The notes below the pieces were generated by a model, which saw only the letters and a list, made by a program, of their open reading frames with translations, was not told the origin of the DNA and did no database searches. Position numbers and translations under genes: made by a program. Below, one piece after another: positions 19,453-29,805 of a stretch of 64,000 nucleotides of DNA. Origin of the DNA: Vulcanisaeta sp. AZ3 (lineage in GTDB: Archaea; Thermoproteota; Thermoprotei; Thermoproteales; Thermocladiaceae); the NCBI GenBank assembly GCA_000960865.2, contig JZWU02000006.1:1-64000 (forward strand), read 5' to 3'. Every line of letters starts with the position of its first letter. The stretch's first letter is position 1.

Positions 19453-20346
19453 ATGCCTTTTGTTAGGGAGTCCATGTATAAGTTCATTAAGGACCCAGGT
19501 GATGTTAGAGTTGGTGAGGTTGTAAGGAGGAGTTGGGTTAGTGGTGATGTGGGTATTTTAGGGATCCCTTGGGATGGCGCCGTGGGGACTAGACCTGGTT
19601 CGAGACTTGCTCCATCAAGAATCAGGTCCTGGCTATACTCATCACCTTTAATATACAGTGGGTTGGGTATTGTTGATCTCGGTGATGTTGATGTGGTGGT
19701 TGGTAATCATGAGGAGACTTGGCGGAGGGTGGAGGTTACAGTTGCTGAGGCCTTGGGCCTTGTTAAGGAGTTATTTATTATTGGTGGCGATAGTACTACG
19801 TCATATGCGTCCTTCCGTGGCCTAAGGAAGGCTATCAATGGTGAGTTAGCATATGTACTCTTTGACGCTCATCCAGACGTTAGGGTTATTAGCGAGGGAT
19901 TGACTAGTGGCCAAGTTATTAGGTGGATTAGGGAGTTGGATCCAAATTCATTCATAACTATAATAGGCGTGAGACCGCATTCTAATGCTCCATACTTATT
20001 TAGAGAAGCCGAGAAGTTAGGTATTAAGCTTTATACAATGGATTATATAGATGCCCACGGCATAGATGATGTAGTAAAGGAACTTACGGAACTTATTAAG
20101 GATAGAGTAGTATACATAAGCGTGAATCTAGATGTTGTGGACCCGGCCTTTGCGCCAGGAGTTAATAGTCCATCACCTGGGGGATTCACCTCTAGGGAGA
20201 TTATTAGGTTTGTGCGTGAGGTTGCAGTTAGGTTTAGACCTAGGATCTTTGATGTTGTCGAGGTTACGCCACCATTTGATGTGAATGATTTGACGAGTAT
20301 GCTGGCCTCAACTCTGTTAATAAATGCCGTGTGGGTTAATAGATGA
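19453..20346 (+). CDS. hutG: Arginase-family ureohydrolase, probable formimidoylglutamase
   Basis: RPGSRLAP, DLGDV, GGD, DAHPD and LDVVDPAFAPG; hutU, hutH and hutI are nearby. Confidence 0.75.
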   Translation: MPFVRESMYKFIKDPGDVRVGEVVRRSWVSGDVGILGIPWDGAVGTRPGSRLAPSRIRSWLYSSPLIYSGLGIVDLGDVDVVVGNHEETWRRVEVTVAEALGLVKELFIIGGDSTTSYASFRGLRKAINGELAYVLFDAHPDVRVISEGLTSGQVIRWIRELDPNSFITIIGVRPHSNAPYLFREAEKLGIKLYTMDYIDAHGIDDVVKELTELIKDRVVYISVNLDVVDPAFAPGVNSPSPGGFTSREIIRFVREVAVRFRPRIFDVVEVTPPFDVNDLTSMLASTLLINAVWVNR

Positions 20347-20452
20347 TGAAATTCTCTAAACCTTAATTCCTTGATGAATTTCTAAAACTAATAATGTGCT
20401 GATTGGTGTTTATGAAAAATTATTTTTAATCATTAACGTCCTTCTAGAACAT

Positions 20453-21082
20453 TTATTTCAAATACTTTCTAAGTCTATTCTCGGCTTCCTCCCAATTTAG
20501 TACATTCCATATAGCGTCTAGGTACCCATTCCTATTATTCTTATATTGTAGATAATAGGCATGTTCAAACTCATCAACTATTAATAATACTGGGAGCTCT
20601 GCAATATGTTGGTTATAGTGGTTTTCAAAGGTTGTGAATTCTAGGTTACTAGTCTCTGGGTCGTAATAAAGTACGGTCCATCCACAGCCTGGTAAGGACC
20701 TCATTACTTCAGTGAATAATGCCTTAAACTTATCAAAGCTACCGAACTGCTTCGTTATTAAGTCACCAAGGTAACCTCCTGGTACTCCTCCACCCTTTCC
20801 TGCCGGGGCCATGCTATTCCAGTAAAGTGTATGTAATTTATGCCCATTTACATTGAAAAATAGGTTTCTGAGTAATCCTTGTATGTCGTAACTAGTTACA
20901 TCACCCTTGATTATCTTCTCAAGTCTTTCGATTGTTGCATTAGCACCGTTAACGTAGCCCTTATGATGGCCATTGTAATGTACGTCTATTACTTGCCCAC
21001 TTATGTGGGGCTCCAGAGCGTTGATTGAGTAGGGTAGTGGTGGTAGTTCATATCTTTTAAAGAGATTTGCCGGAAGACTCAT
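20453..21082 (-). CDS. sod: Fe/Mn superoxide dismutase
   Basis: [28 protein letters not shown] and [13 protein letters not shown]. Confidence 0.97.
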   Translation of the reverse strand: MSLPANLFKRYELPPLPYSINALEPHISGQVIDVHYNGHHKGYVNGANATIERLEKIIKGDVTSYDIQGLLRNLFFNVNGHKLHTLYWNSMAPAGKGGGVPGGYLGDLITKQFGSFDKFKALFTEVMRSLPGCGWTVLYYDPETSNLEFTTFENHYNQHIAELPVLLIVDEFEHAYYLQYKNNRNGYLDAIWNVLNWEEAENRLRKYLK

Positions 21083-21149
21083 CGTGTTCCATTGAATGTG
21101 GTAATTATTAAATGTTGCCTTAAAATTAATTTAACTTTAGCTACTTGGC

Positions 21150-22136
21150 ATGTTTTTAATTATACTAAGCATGCTAGGGGGACTTATTGTGACGATTATT
21201 GGTGGGTGGTTGTTCACGAATTCCATGGAAAACATAAGTCGTAGATATGGGCTTGGTGGTTCCTTTGTTGGCGCTGTTGTGTCGCCGATATTTACATCAA
21301 TGCCTGAGCTCATTGTTTTCCTTGTTGCTGTTTATTTACATGGCGGTTTTGAGGGTGAGGAGGTAGGTGTTGGTACTATACTTGGTGAACCTTATATGAT
21401 TGCCACGGTCATATATCCAATATTGTTTGTGGCCGTCGCTATTGGATTAATGCTGGGATCTAGGGGTGATGCTGTGCTTGAGGTTAGGAGGGAGTTGATT
21501 ATACCTTACGTAATATTTACAGTATTATACCCGATTGTCTTGTTGCCAATGGTCTTATCAAGTCATGTGGCTAGAATTATGGTTGCCGTGATGTTAGTAA
21601 TTGCCTATATACTATATATTAGGAGTATGTATAGGTCACAGGGCATAGTTATTGAGGAGGTTGAAGAATTGTACTTGGGCAGGTTTCTTAAGGATTACGT
21701 GATTTCCATGACTATTCAGTTAGTGGTATCTACCGTGCTTATTTTCATAGGTTCTAAGTATTTAGTTGATGGCGTGGTAGGTACAGCAAGGTATTTGGGT
21801 ATTGATGCTCTCACAATATCAATAATACTAATACCAATAGCAACTGTCATTCCAGAATCTATAACTGCATTAATATGGACTTACAGAGGTAGAGATACCG
21901 AGGCTGTGGCAGCTCTTATTGGGGAAAAGGTCCTATACTCTACTGTGTATCCAGCCCTTGGTTTAATTCTAACACAGTGGTCCCTAAATATTGATGCGGT
22001 GGTAAGCGTCACTGTGACTGAGGTTGTGTCTCTAGTGGTGCTTTATCATGTGCTTAAGGGTAGGATTACTTGGGATGTAGGGGTTTTGGGTTTCGTGGGT
22101 TATATCTCATACTTACTAATTAGCCACCTAATTTAG
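21150..22136 (+). CDS. Sodium/calcium exchanger family (CaCA) membrane protein
   Basis: Two alpha-repeats (TSMPE, TVIPE) and about ten transmembrane segments. Confidence 0.88.
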   Translation: MFLIILSMLGGLIVTIIGGWLFTNSMENISRRYGLGGSFVGAVVSPIFTSMPELIVFLVAVYLHGGFEGEEVGVGTILGEPYMIATVIYPILFVAVAIGLMLGSRGDAVLEVRRELIIPYVIFTVLYPIVLLPMVLSSHVARIMVAVMLVIAYILYIRSMYRSQGIVIEEVEELYLGRFLKDYVISMTIQLVVSTVLIFIGSKYLVDGVVGTARYLGIDALTISIILIPIATVIPESITALIWTYRGRDTEAVAALIGEKVLYSTVYPALGLILTQWSLNIDAVVSVTVTEVVSLVVLYHVLKGRITWDVGVLGFVGYISYLLISHLI

Positions 22137-22171
22137 TAATATTAAAAATATTTTAATTATCTAGTCTTAAC

Positions 22172-23122
22172 GTGATCAGAGGTAGATTGGGGAGATTATG
22201 GATTGGTGATGGATATAATGTGGCTATAATGGGGGTCGTAAATGTAAGTCCTGAATCTTTCTTTAAAGGGTCTATTAGGGTTACTGTCGATGATGCCTTA
22301 AAAACCGCAAGGCGCATGGTTGATGACGGTGCAGTTATTATTGATATTGGTGGAATGTCCACTGCACCGTATAATAGGACCTTCATACCTATTGATGAGG
22401 AAGTGAGGCGTGTGGTTCCCGTGGTGAAGGCATTGAGGGATGCCTTACCTGATGTGACTATTTCGGTGGATACGTTTAGATCAAGGGTTGCGGAGGAGGC
22501 TATTAAGGTTGGGGCTGATGTTGTGAATGATGTGACTGGACTCAAGGGTGACCCGAACATGGTTAAGTTGATTGCTGATTATGGGGTTTCCGTGATAATC
22601 ATGGGTAGAGAAACAAAACCAACAGTAGGCCTAGACCCAGTCACTAGGATTATAAAGGCTCTCAGAGAGAGCGTGGATTTAGCTCTTAATCATGGTATTA
22701 AGGAGGAATTAATAATAATTGACCCAGGCATTGGATTTCCGCCACTAAACTTAGACCCCGTGCTAACAAGTAGCGAGCCAGTAACCGGTGAGTATAGGCA
22801 TGGTGGTAATGATTATCCTTGGTATGTGTGGGATTCATTATTAATTCTTAATGTAGCTAAGATAAGGTTTGAGCTTGGTAGGCCAATACTCGTTGGGGTA
22901 TCAAGGAAGTCCTTCTTAACTAAACTAATGGGTAGGCAAGCACCACCAGAGGATAGGTTATACGCCTCAATAAGTGCTGAGGCCATCAGTGTAATTATGG
23001 GTGCAGATGCCATTAGGACGCATAATGTTGCCGAAACGAGAGATGCCGTGAGGGTAGCCGAGAAGTTAAGGCAATGCCTAAATGAAGCACCTAATAGATG
23101 CCTTGAAAGATTTAAGACTTAA
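22172..23122 (+). CDS. folP: Dihydropteroate synthase
   Basis: MGVVNVSPESF, DIGGMST, SVDT, DPGIGF, SRKSF and IRTHNV. Confidence 0.93.
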   Translation: MIRGRLGRLWIGDGYNVAIMGVVNVSPESFFKGSIRVTVDDALKTARRMVDDGAVIIDIGGMSTAPYNRTFIPIDEEVRRVVPVVKALRDALPDVTISVDTFRSRVAEEAIKVGADVVNDVTGLKGDPNMVKLIADYGVSVIIMGRETKPTVGLDPVTRIIKALRESVDLALNHGIKEELIIIDPGIGFPPLNLDPVLTSSEPVTGEYRHGGNDYPWYVWDSLLILNVAKIRFELGRPILVGVSRKSFLTKLMGRQAPPEDRLYASISAEAISVIMGADAIRTHNVAETRDAVRVAEKLRQCLNEAPNRCLERFKT

Positions 23123-23163
23123 TTTAACAATAACCTTATAATTAATAAACGTAGAACTAAGAG

Positions 23164-23664
23164 GTGTTACTTAGAACTCATGTAGCCTTTACCTGGGGAT
23201 TATTATCCCTATTTGCCCTTATAACTGGCAACGAATTAACTATAGCATGGGCAATCCTCGTATCAGGCACGGCCAATAGCTTAATAGATAAGTTAGGGCA
23301 TGAGGAGAGAGTCCATGGACGCCGTACCATTGTAGCTAGGTCTCCTAGAACTCACACGCCACTCAAGGCATCCTTATGGGGTTTGCTTACGTCAATAATG
23401 ATTTCCGTAATAGCCTACCTAACAAGCCCTGGTTTGTTAAATACCTTAATTGTGACTTCAATGGGCCCAATAGCTGGACTAAGCCACCTACTACTGGATG
23501 CTTTCACTGAGCATGGGATTTACGTGAGGCAAGGCAATCACTGGAAGAGGTGGGGCATAGCTCATATGAGGTATGATAATCCATTAGGTAATGGATTGGC
23601 AACACTTACAGGTATTATGCTTGTTGTACTCGTTATTGCCGTACTTTTTCACATAATTTCATGA
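23164..23664 (+). CDS. DUF1286-like membrane-bound metal-dependent hydrolase
   Basis: MLLRTH, IDKLGH, RSPRTH and SHLLLDAFTE motifs. Confidence 0.75.
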   Translation: MLLRTHVAFTWGLLSLFALITGNELTIAWAILVSGTANSLIDKLGHEERVHGRRTIVARSPRTHTPLKASLWGLLTSIMISVIAYLTSPGLLNTLIVTSMGPIAGLSHLLLDAFTEHGIYVRQGNHWKRWGIAHMRYDNPLGNGLATLTGIMLVVLVIAVLFHIIS

Positions 23665-23669
23665 TTAAT

Positions 23670-24542
23670 CTATAATTTACATGTGTAGGGCGTTATGCCT
23701 TTTATGTTTAAGCCTTCTACTGCGTATAGGTAGCCGCTGAATAATTCTTCTTGTTTACTTAGTATTGATGCTGTGGTTACGAAGAGTATTCCTAAATCCT
23801 TACCGCCAAAGATTACTGATGTTGTTCCACTCGCTGGCATCCCTATCTCGAGGAGTTTCCTACCACTCACCGGATCCCACCTAGACACCCTACCTCCCCT
23901 CGCGTGGGCTATCCAAATCATGCCTTCACTATCTATAGTCATACCATCAGGCTTACCAGTCTCATTTCTAAAGTTTATGATAACCCTCCTATTACTAATG
24001 AAGCCGTTCTTTAGGTCAAAATCGAAGGCATATACGTTTAAGGTTGGTGTATCTATTAAGTACATAGTCTTATTATCGAGACTCCACGCAATACCGTTCG
24101 ATATTGTCAAACCATCTAAGACCTTCCTAACTTTGCCATCAAGGTCTAGCACGTATAATGAACCCGTGGGTGCATTCTCATTAATGTCCATAGTGCCTGC
24201 CCAATAACGCCCCTCAGCATCACACTTACCATCATTAAACCTATTCATTGGCATGTCAGTCTCAACCTCAGCAAGTACTCTTACCTGACCAGTATCAATA
24301 TTGACCGCATAAAAACCATGCCTCATGGTAACTATTAAGCCACCACCCTCCCTAAGCTGTATTGATGTAACCACATCAGGAGTCTTTATGAAACCCTCCC
24401 TACCACTATCAAGATCCACATAATTAATCCTCCCAACATTAATATCAACCCAATAAACCCTATTCAATCCCGGATCATAGAGGGGACCTTCACCTAAGAC
24501 GGCTTTATAGTTACTTAAAGTCTTTATTGAAACCATACACAA
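23670..24542 (-). CDS. SMP-30/gluconolactonase/LRE family protein
   Basis: LGEGP, RFNDGKCD, ISNGIAWS and PDGMTID. Confidence 0.93.
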   Translation of the reverse strand: MCMVSIKTLSNYKAVLGEGPLYDPGLNRVYWVDINVGRINYVDLDSGREGFIKTPDVVTSIQLREGGGLIVTMRHGFYAVNIDTGQVRVLAEVETDMPMNRFNDGKCDAEGRYWAGTMDINENAPTGSLYVLDLDGKVRKVLDGLTISNGIAWSLDNKTMYLIDTPTLNVYAFDFDLKNGFISNRRVIINFRNETGKPDGMTIDSEGMIWIAHARGGRVSRWDPVSGRKLLEIGMPASGTTSVIFGGKDLGILFVTTASILSKQEELFSGYLYAVEGLNIKGITPYTCKL

Positions 24543-24684
24543 ACATGGACAATGCTAATCCTTTAAAACAATAACTATACGTGTTGTAAAGGATTACTTA
24601 CTTGGTAATACGGTATATTACCTTAAATAATAACGATGTAGAGTATTTAATCCCTACGAGATCAAGGGAACAACGCCGTTCCTA

Positions 24685-25104
24685 TTAGTAGTGAGTTGGT
24701 ATGCCGATGATTATTGGGCTTAAGCCCATAAGTAAAAGTAATTCAAGTGGTAATAAATTCAAGAGGAGTAGGAGCGGTATTATCGACATATATTGATTTA
24801 TCAATTCCTCAAGTTCCTCTGAACTTAGTGAACCTATTTTATTCATTATCTCTTGTACCTTAGCCTTTAACTTCTCATAAGCCTTCTCGGACTCTTCAAG
24901 GCCAGTGGGCGTTAGGTCGTAAGCCTCTTTTTTAAATATAAAGCCTTTTTTCACTTTTATGATGAGTCTATCTAGTTCTAAGTAATTGAGCTCCTCTTTA
25001 ACTTCATTGATATCTCTCCTTAGGTAATTTGCTATTTCCTCCATAGTTAATGGGCCTTGCTCACGAATTAGTATTAATATCTGTTCTCCAAGTGTTATGT
25101 CCAT
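24685..25104 (-). CDS. Winged-helix DNA-binding protein with hydrophobic C-terminus
   Basis: GPLTMEEIANYL...YDLTPTG wHTH pattern; start probably ATG 25104 (track gives 25146). Confidence 0.7.
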   Translation of the reverse strand: MDITLGEQILILIREQGPLTMEEIANYLRRDINEVKEELNYLELDRLIIKVKKGFIFKKEAYDLTPTGLEESEKAYEKLKAKVQEIMNKIGSLSSEELEELINQYMSIIPLLLLLNLLPLELLLLMGLSPIIIGIPTHY

Positions 25105-25196
25105 GTGGTCAATTTGCTTACTTAGAGAGAAATAAACCTTATGCACTGGTTTGTTTTTGGCGTAAATAATTAAAAATTCATGCCATAATCAATCCC

Positions 25197-25898
25197 GTGG
25201 ATAGTATTGATAGGGCTAGGTTAGCGGCTGCTAGAGAGGCATTAAAGTATGTGGCAAACAGCCAAGTGATTGGTGTTGGTACTGGCGCAACAGCTATTAC
25301 GTTTCTTAAGGAGTTACGAAGTGCTATTATTAATGGTAATGTTAAGGATGTGCTTTTGGTGCCTACGTCCACAGAGACTGAGATAGAGATCATCAATCTA
25401 GGTCTATCGCAATTATTGCGTTATCCTTGGCAGGTGGATCATATAGATGTGGCTATTGATGGAGCTGATGAGGTTGATGAGAATAAGAATTTGATTAAGG
25501 GTGGTGGGGGTGCTCTGGCTAGGGAGAAGATTATTGATTATTGGGCTAAGGAATTCGTAGTCATTGTTGATGAGACAAAGCTCGTTAATCGCATACCCAC
25601 AAAACACCCAATACCGATTGAAGTTTTGCCTTTCGCATGGTCTATTGTGAAGAAAAGGCTTGAGAGAGAACCTGGGGGTAAGGCTGAACTTAGGTTTGGT
25701 AGTGGTAAGAGAGGGCCTGTGGTTACTGATAATGGTAACTACATAATTGATTATATACCTTCACTCCCAATAGATTCTGCTAGGATGGAGATTGAGATTA
25801 AGGCTTTACCTGGAGTTGTTGAGGTTGGGATCTTCAATGGAGTTCATGTTTCCAAGGTAATTGTTGGTAGATTTGATGGCTCGACATTCATGCTTTAA
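25197..25898 (+). CDS. rpiA: Ribose-5-phosphate isomerase A
   Basis: GVGTGAT, DGADEVD, KGGGGAL.REK and TDNGN. Confidence 0.97.
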   Translation: MDSIDRARLAAAREALKYVANSQVIGVGTGATAITFLKELRSAIINGNVKDVLLVPTSTETEIEIINLGLSQLLRYPWQVDHIDVAIDGADEVDENKNLIKGGGGALAREKIIDYWAKEFVVIVDETKLVNRIPTKHPIPIEVLPFAWSIVKKRLEREPGGKAELRFGSGKRGPVVTDNGNYIIDYIPSLPIDSARMEIEIKALPGVVEVGIFNGVHVSKVIVGRFDGSTFML

Positions 25899-27378
25899 CG
25901 ATACCTAAATCTACAAAATTAGCTAACTCGTTAATAGCATTTGTAAGCTTGCTAATTGCCTCATGATGATATTGTGAATTACGTATATATTTATCAATAA
26001 CTCCATAAATACTCATTGTTGTTTTACTGCACCTTGAGCAAGCATCACGTTCTTTAATTACTGTGTAACTTACGTAGGCGAGTAAGGAGACAAGTTGTGT
26101 TATTATTGAGTTAATTTCGTGGAGCTTTATTACAGAGTTTGTGGCCATTGAGTTTACATCCTCTTGAAATCCACTGGTTGGTATGTTCTGTACACTAGAT
26201 GGTATGGCTAATTCTCTGAGCTTAGCCGTTAGAGCGGCGGCCGTGTATTGGGTCAGCATTAAGCCAACTCTCCAGGGGCCATTGGCCAGATAATTACTAA
26301 TATCATTAATTTCTTTCCTGAGCAGTTGTGAGATTTGTCTCTCGATTAGGTTTCCAAGTACTGTGAGTGCTATGTTCATGGTATCTATGGAGATTGCCAC
26401 GTACTGCCCGTGGAAGTGGCAGGTAGAATATACATTATTATTAATTATTATTGGATTATCACTAACGGAGTTAACTTCATTTAGTACATTGTTTAGGGAC
26501 CAAGTTAAGGAGTCGATGATGGAACCAAGAACTTGAGGTATGCACCTGAGGGAATAGGGGTCTTGAACTCTGCCGCTTGTATTAATGTTCTTACTATCAC
26601 TTAATAAGTCAGTGAGTACCTTGGCCACGAGTTTTTCCCCGCTATGGAGTTTTACGAAATTTACATCAACATTGAGCGGCGCCGTACTTGCTCTTGCTGT
26701 CTCAATTGTTAATGCAATAATTGCGAGAACCGCCTTTAGTAACTTATATGAGTCCCATATTCCTAGTGATGCTATTGCTGTGCTGTAACTAATGCCATTA
26801 ATTAATGAAAGAGCTTCTTTATAGCTAAGCTTTAACTCCCCAATACCCGCTAGCTTAAGAGCCTCGGCGCTGCTCATTACTTTACCTTCATATTTGACGA
26901 GACCCTTACCGAGTAATGCGAGGGCTATGTGCGATAGTGGCGCTAGGTCTCCTGAGGCTCCTACAGAACCGTACATTGGGACTATTGGCGTTATTCTTTC
27001 ATTTAGAAATTGAATTATTCTCTCAATGAGAATTTCCCTAACACCACTATGACCAAGAGATAATTGGTGAGCTCTAATGAGCATTGTGGCTCTAACCCAA
27101 TCATCAGGTGCGTAATCACCAACACCCAATGCATGGTCATTAAGCATTTCTAAGGAGTACTTGGCCACGTCCTCGGGATTCACAGTTATATTGTATAAAT
27201 CGCCAAGGCCTGTGTTAACACCATATATTTTAGTACCGCTATGAATTAATTCCTCAAGTACCCTCTGTGATTGCCGTATGGAATTTAATGCTGACTCATC
27301 AATCTTAACTCTCTCATAATCTCTAGCTACTTTAATTATATCAACAAGAGAAAGTTTAGTCCCAATACTTATAGTCAT
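25888..27378 (-). CDS. hutH: Histidine ammonia-lyase (MIO-dependent aromatic amino acid lyase)
   Basis: YGVNTG, GSVGASGDLAPL (ASG MIO triad), QDPYSLRC and QED; hut context. Confidence 0.88.
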   Translation of the reverse strand: MTISIGTKLSLVDIIKVARDYERVKIDESALNSIRQSQRVLEELIHSGTKIYGVNTGLGDLYNITVNPEDVAKYSLEMLNDHALGVGDYAPDDWVRATMLIRAHQLSLGHSGVREILIERIIQFLNERITPIVPMYGSVGASGDLAPLSHIALALLGKGLVKYEGKVMSSAEALKLAGIGELKLSYKEALSLINGISYSTAIASLGIWDSYKLLKAVLAIIALTIETARASTAPLNVDVNFVKLHSGEKLVAKVLTDLLSDSKNINTSGRVQDPYSLRCIPQVLGSIIDSLTWSLNNVLNEVNSVSDNPIIINNNVYSTCHFHGQYVAISIDTMNIALTVLGNLIERQISQLLRKEINDISNYLANGPWRVGLMLTQYTAAALTAKLRELAIPSSVQNIPTSGFQEDVNSMATNSVIKLHEINSIITQLVSLLAYVSYTVIKERDACSRCSKTTMSIYGVIDKYIRNSQYHHEAISKLTNAINELANFVDLGIVKA

Positions 27379-27425
27379 ACGTATGCACTTATTCCATAAA
27401 CATTTAATTTAGTTTTCCTATACCA

Positions 27426-28646
27426 TTATTTAGCCTTTAAATAGTCAGCAAGAATCTTTATGCCCTCCTCTATCGACCTTTCATCCTCCCTTGCAAACGT
27501 CATTCTAACATGGTACTTACCTGCATCACCAAATGCAGAACCTGGTATAACCGCCACATGGGCCTCCTTGACTAATTTATTCGAAAACTCCCTATCATCG
27601 ACATTAAGTTTTTCTAAGTAAAGTTTTAGGTTTGGGAACATGAATAGACCTGCCTTGGGCTTAACAACACTGGCCCCTGGTAGATATTCCTTAATTGCTT
27701 TGTACATGGTCTCCATCCTAGATTTATAGATGGGAAGAACCTCGCTTAGGTATGTCTTCTTATACTTCGTAAGGTAGAGCAGGCCGGCATACTGGGCTGG
27801 TGTGGGTGGGTTAAGGTTTGTATATTGCTTAACCCTATTGAATACCTTAATGAAGTCCTCATGAGCAACTACATAACCAAGTCTCCAACCAGGCATTGCA
27901 GGGTCTTTAGAGAAGGTGTTTAGGGCTATCACATGCTCCATATCGTACTTAATAGCATATGTATGTGTACCCTCATAGTAGAGGTGTTTGTAGGCTTCAT
28001 CATATATTAGGAAGGCGTCATAATCGCGGGCTAAGTCGACTAATAATTTAATTGTTGATTCACTAAGAACCCTACCAGTGGGGTTGTCTGGATTAACCAC
28101 AACTAATGCCTTCACCCTATTACTCATCACAGCCTTTACATCCTCCTCACTTAACTCCCAACCCAAGTCCTCTCTGGCGGTAACCTTCCTAACCTTACCA
28201 CCCAGATAATTAATGACAGGCTCATACATTAGGTAGGTTGGATCTATGAGTATCACCTCATCATTCTCATCAATTATACTCATGAAAGCAGCCAATATGG
28301 CCTCTGCAGAACCTGCCGCGACGGAAACATTACCACTACTAACACTAACCCCAGAATACCTACTGTAATCCTCAGCTATGGCGTTCCTCAACTCCTCAAT
28401 ACCACTGCTTGGCGTGTACATGCTATACTCAAAGGGTTTCTCAAGAAGTCTCTCTGTAAATTCAACAAGCAATTCCCTACTTGGGGGTAAGCCTGGTTGG
28501 CCTATGTGAAATCCATAAACCCTAGCACCAGAATGCTCAAGTTTAACAACCTCTTCATTTATACCTCGAATCATTGATCCAGGAAACACATTACTCCTTG
28601 CTGATATCCTCACACGGTGCCTGAGGTTTATCATGTTTATAAGCAT
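27426..28646 (-). CDS. PLP-dependent aminotransferase class I/II
   Basis: NPDNPTG, DEAY and FSK...PGWRLGY. Confidence 0.92.
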   Translation of the reverse strand: MLINMINLRHRVRISARSNVFPGSMIRGINEEVVKLEHSGARVYGFHIGQPGLPPSRELLVEFTERLLEKPFEYSMYTPSSGIEELRNAIAEDYSRYSGVSVSSGNVSVAAGSAEAILAAFMSIIDENDEVILIDPTYLMYEPVINYLGGKVRKVTAREDLGWELSEEDVKAVMSNRVKALVVVNPDNPTGRVLSESTIKLLVDLARDYDAFLIYDEAYKHLYYEGTHTYAIKYDMEHVIALNTFSKDPAMPGWRLGYVVAHEDFIKVFNRVKQYTNLNPPTPAQYAGLLYLTKYKKTYLSEVLPIYKSRMETMYKAIKEYLPGASVVKPKAGLFMFPNLKLYLEKLNVDDREFSNKLVKEAHVAVIPGSAFGDAGKYHVRMTFAREDERSIEEGIKILADYLKAK

Positions 28647-28664
28647 TATTTTAGTTTGAGAAAT

Positions 28665-29759
28665 TCACGAGAAATTTCCCATTAAATCTATGTATTTAAG
28701 GCCATTACCTGTAAGCACTATAACTACTTCCTCGCTCTTATTAATAAGGCCATCCCTAAGCAATCTCTGATAACCCGAGAGAGCAACTGCACTGCTTGGC
28801 TCAACTATTAAGCCATTCCTTAAGAGATCCCTCCATGCACTTACTATCTCATTATCATTCACCACCAAGGAATCCCCATTACTTGATCTCACAGCTTCGA
28901 CCATTTGATTAATCCTAGGAGGATCAGAAACTCTTAACGCGTCCGCTATCCTAGTCGGTTCTTTGCTTGATTTTCCGTGAAGCTCCTCGTATAATCGTGC
29001 ATATCCCTGGGCTTGAATGGCGTACAACCTAGGTAATTCATCTATCATGCCGAGACTAAGCAACTCCTTGAAACCTATGTATAGGCCGAGTAATAATGTT
29101 CCTGCTGACGCCGGTAGGACTATCACTCTAGGGATGCGGCCAAGTTGATCAAATAACTCATACGCCAGAGTCTTAGTTCCATGGAGAAACCAGGGATTCC
29201 AAGAATGCCCAATGTAAACCTCGCCCTCGCCTATGGATTCCATAGCCATCTTAGCAGCTTCAGCTCTGGTGGGCGCCTCAATAAGCTCAGCACCTAATGA
29301 CCTTATTAATATTTTCTTGCTCTCTGGTGCATTCTTGGGTACGTATACCTTAGCCCTAATGCCAGCTGCCGAGGAGTAGGCAGCTATTGAGATTCCAGCA
29401 TTTCCACTAGAGTCCTCAATCACGGTTTTGGCACCAAATTCGAGCGCCCTTGAAACGGCTACTGCAGAACCTCTATCCTTAAATGAACCCGTGGGGTTTA
29501 GATACTCGAGCTTTAGGTATGTGCTCTCCCCGAGAAATTTAGCCCTAATTAGTGGCGTGGAACCCTCACCGAGACTAACGAGAGGTTTAACGGGTATTAC
29601 GCTTGAGAATCTCCATAGACCTGAATGTTCACTTAATGTGAACCTTAACTCCTCAATAATTACATCAAGAACTCCGCCACACCTAGGGCATCTCCAGAAC
29701 CAAGAACTTGTCTCTGCCGTGAAGCCACACCTAGGGCATTTGTAATAGGCCTTAACCAT
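28665..29759 (-). CDS. Threonine synthase-like PLP enzyme (fold type II) with N-terminal Zn ribbon
   Basis: SLGEGSTPL, NPTGSFKDRG, SSGNAG, EPSSA and LTGNGLK. Confidence 0.85.
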   Translation of the reverse strand: MVKAYYKCPRCGFTAETSSWFWRCPRCGGVLDVIIEELRFTLSEHSGLWRFSSVIPVKPLVSLGEGSTPLIRAKFLGESTYLKLEYLNPTGSFKDRGSAVAVSRALEFGAKTVIEDSSGNAGISIAAYSSAAGIRAKVYVPKNAPESKKILIRSLGAELIEAPTRAEAAKMAMESIGEGEVYIGHSWNPWFLHGTKTLAYELFDQLGRIPRVIVLPASAGTLLLGLYIGFKELLSLGMIDELPRLYAIQAQGYARLYEELHGKSSKEPTRIADALRVSDPPRINQMVEAVRSSNGDSLVVNDNEIVSAWRDLLRNGLIVEPSSAVALSGYQRLLRDGLINKSEEVVIVLTGNGLKYIDLMGNFS

Positions 29760-29805
29760 GTGAGAGATTATTGAATTTTCGTAATATTAAAGCGTTATGT
29801 CCTGC

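Noticed and set aside
20343-20402. Possible C/D box sRNA (ATGATGA...TTGATGA...CTGA)
   Set aside because: No clear D' box, and the putative guides are very AT-rich and unlikely to pair with GC-rich rRNA or tRNA.
24604-24622. Inverted repeat GGTAATA-N5-TATTACC upstream of the SMP-30 gene
   Set aside because: A single short repeat with no second copy noticed; cannot be distinguished from chance.
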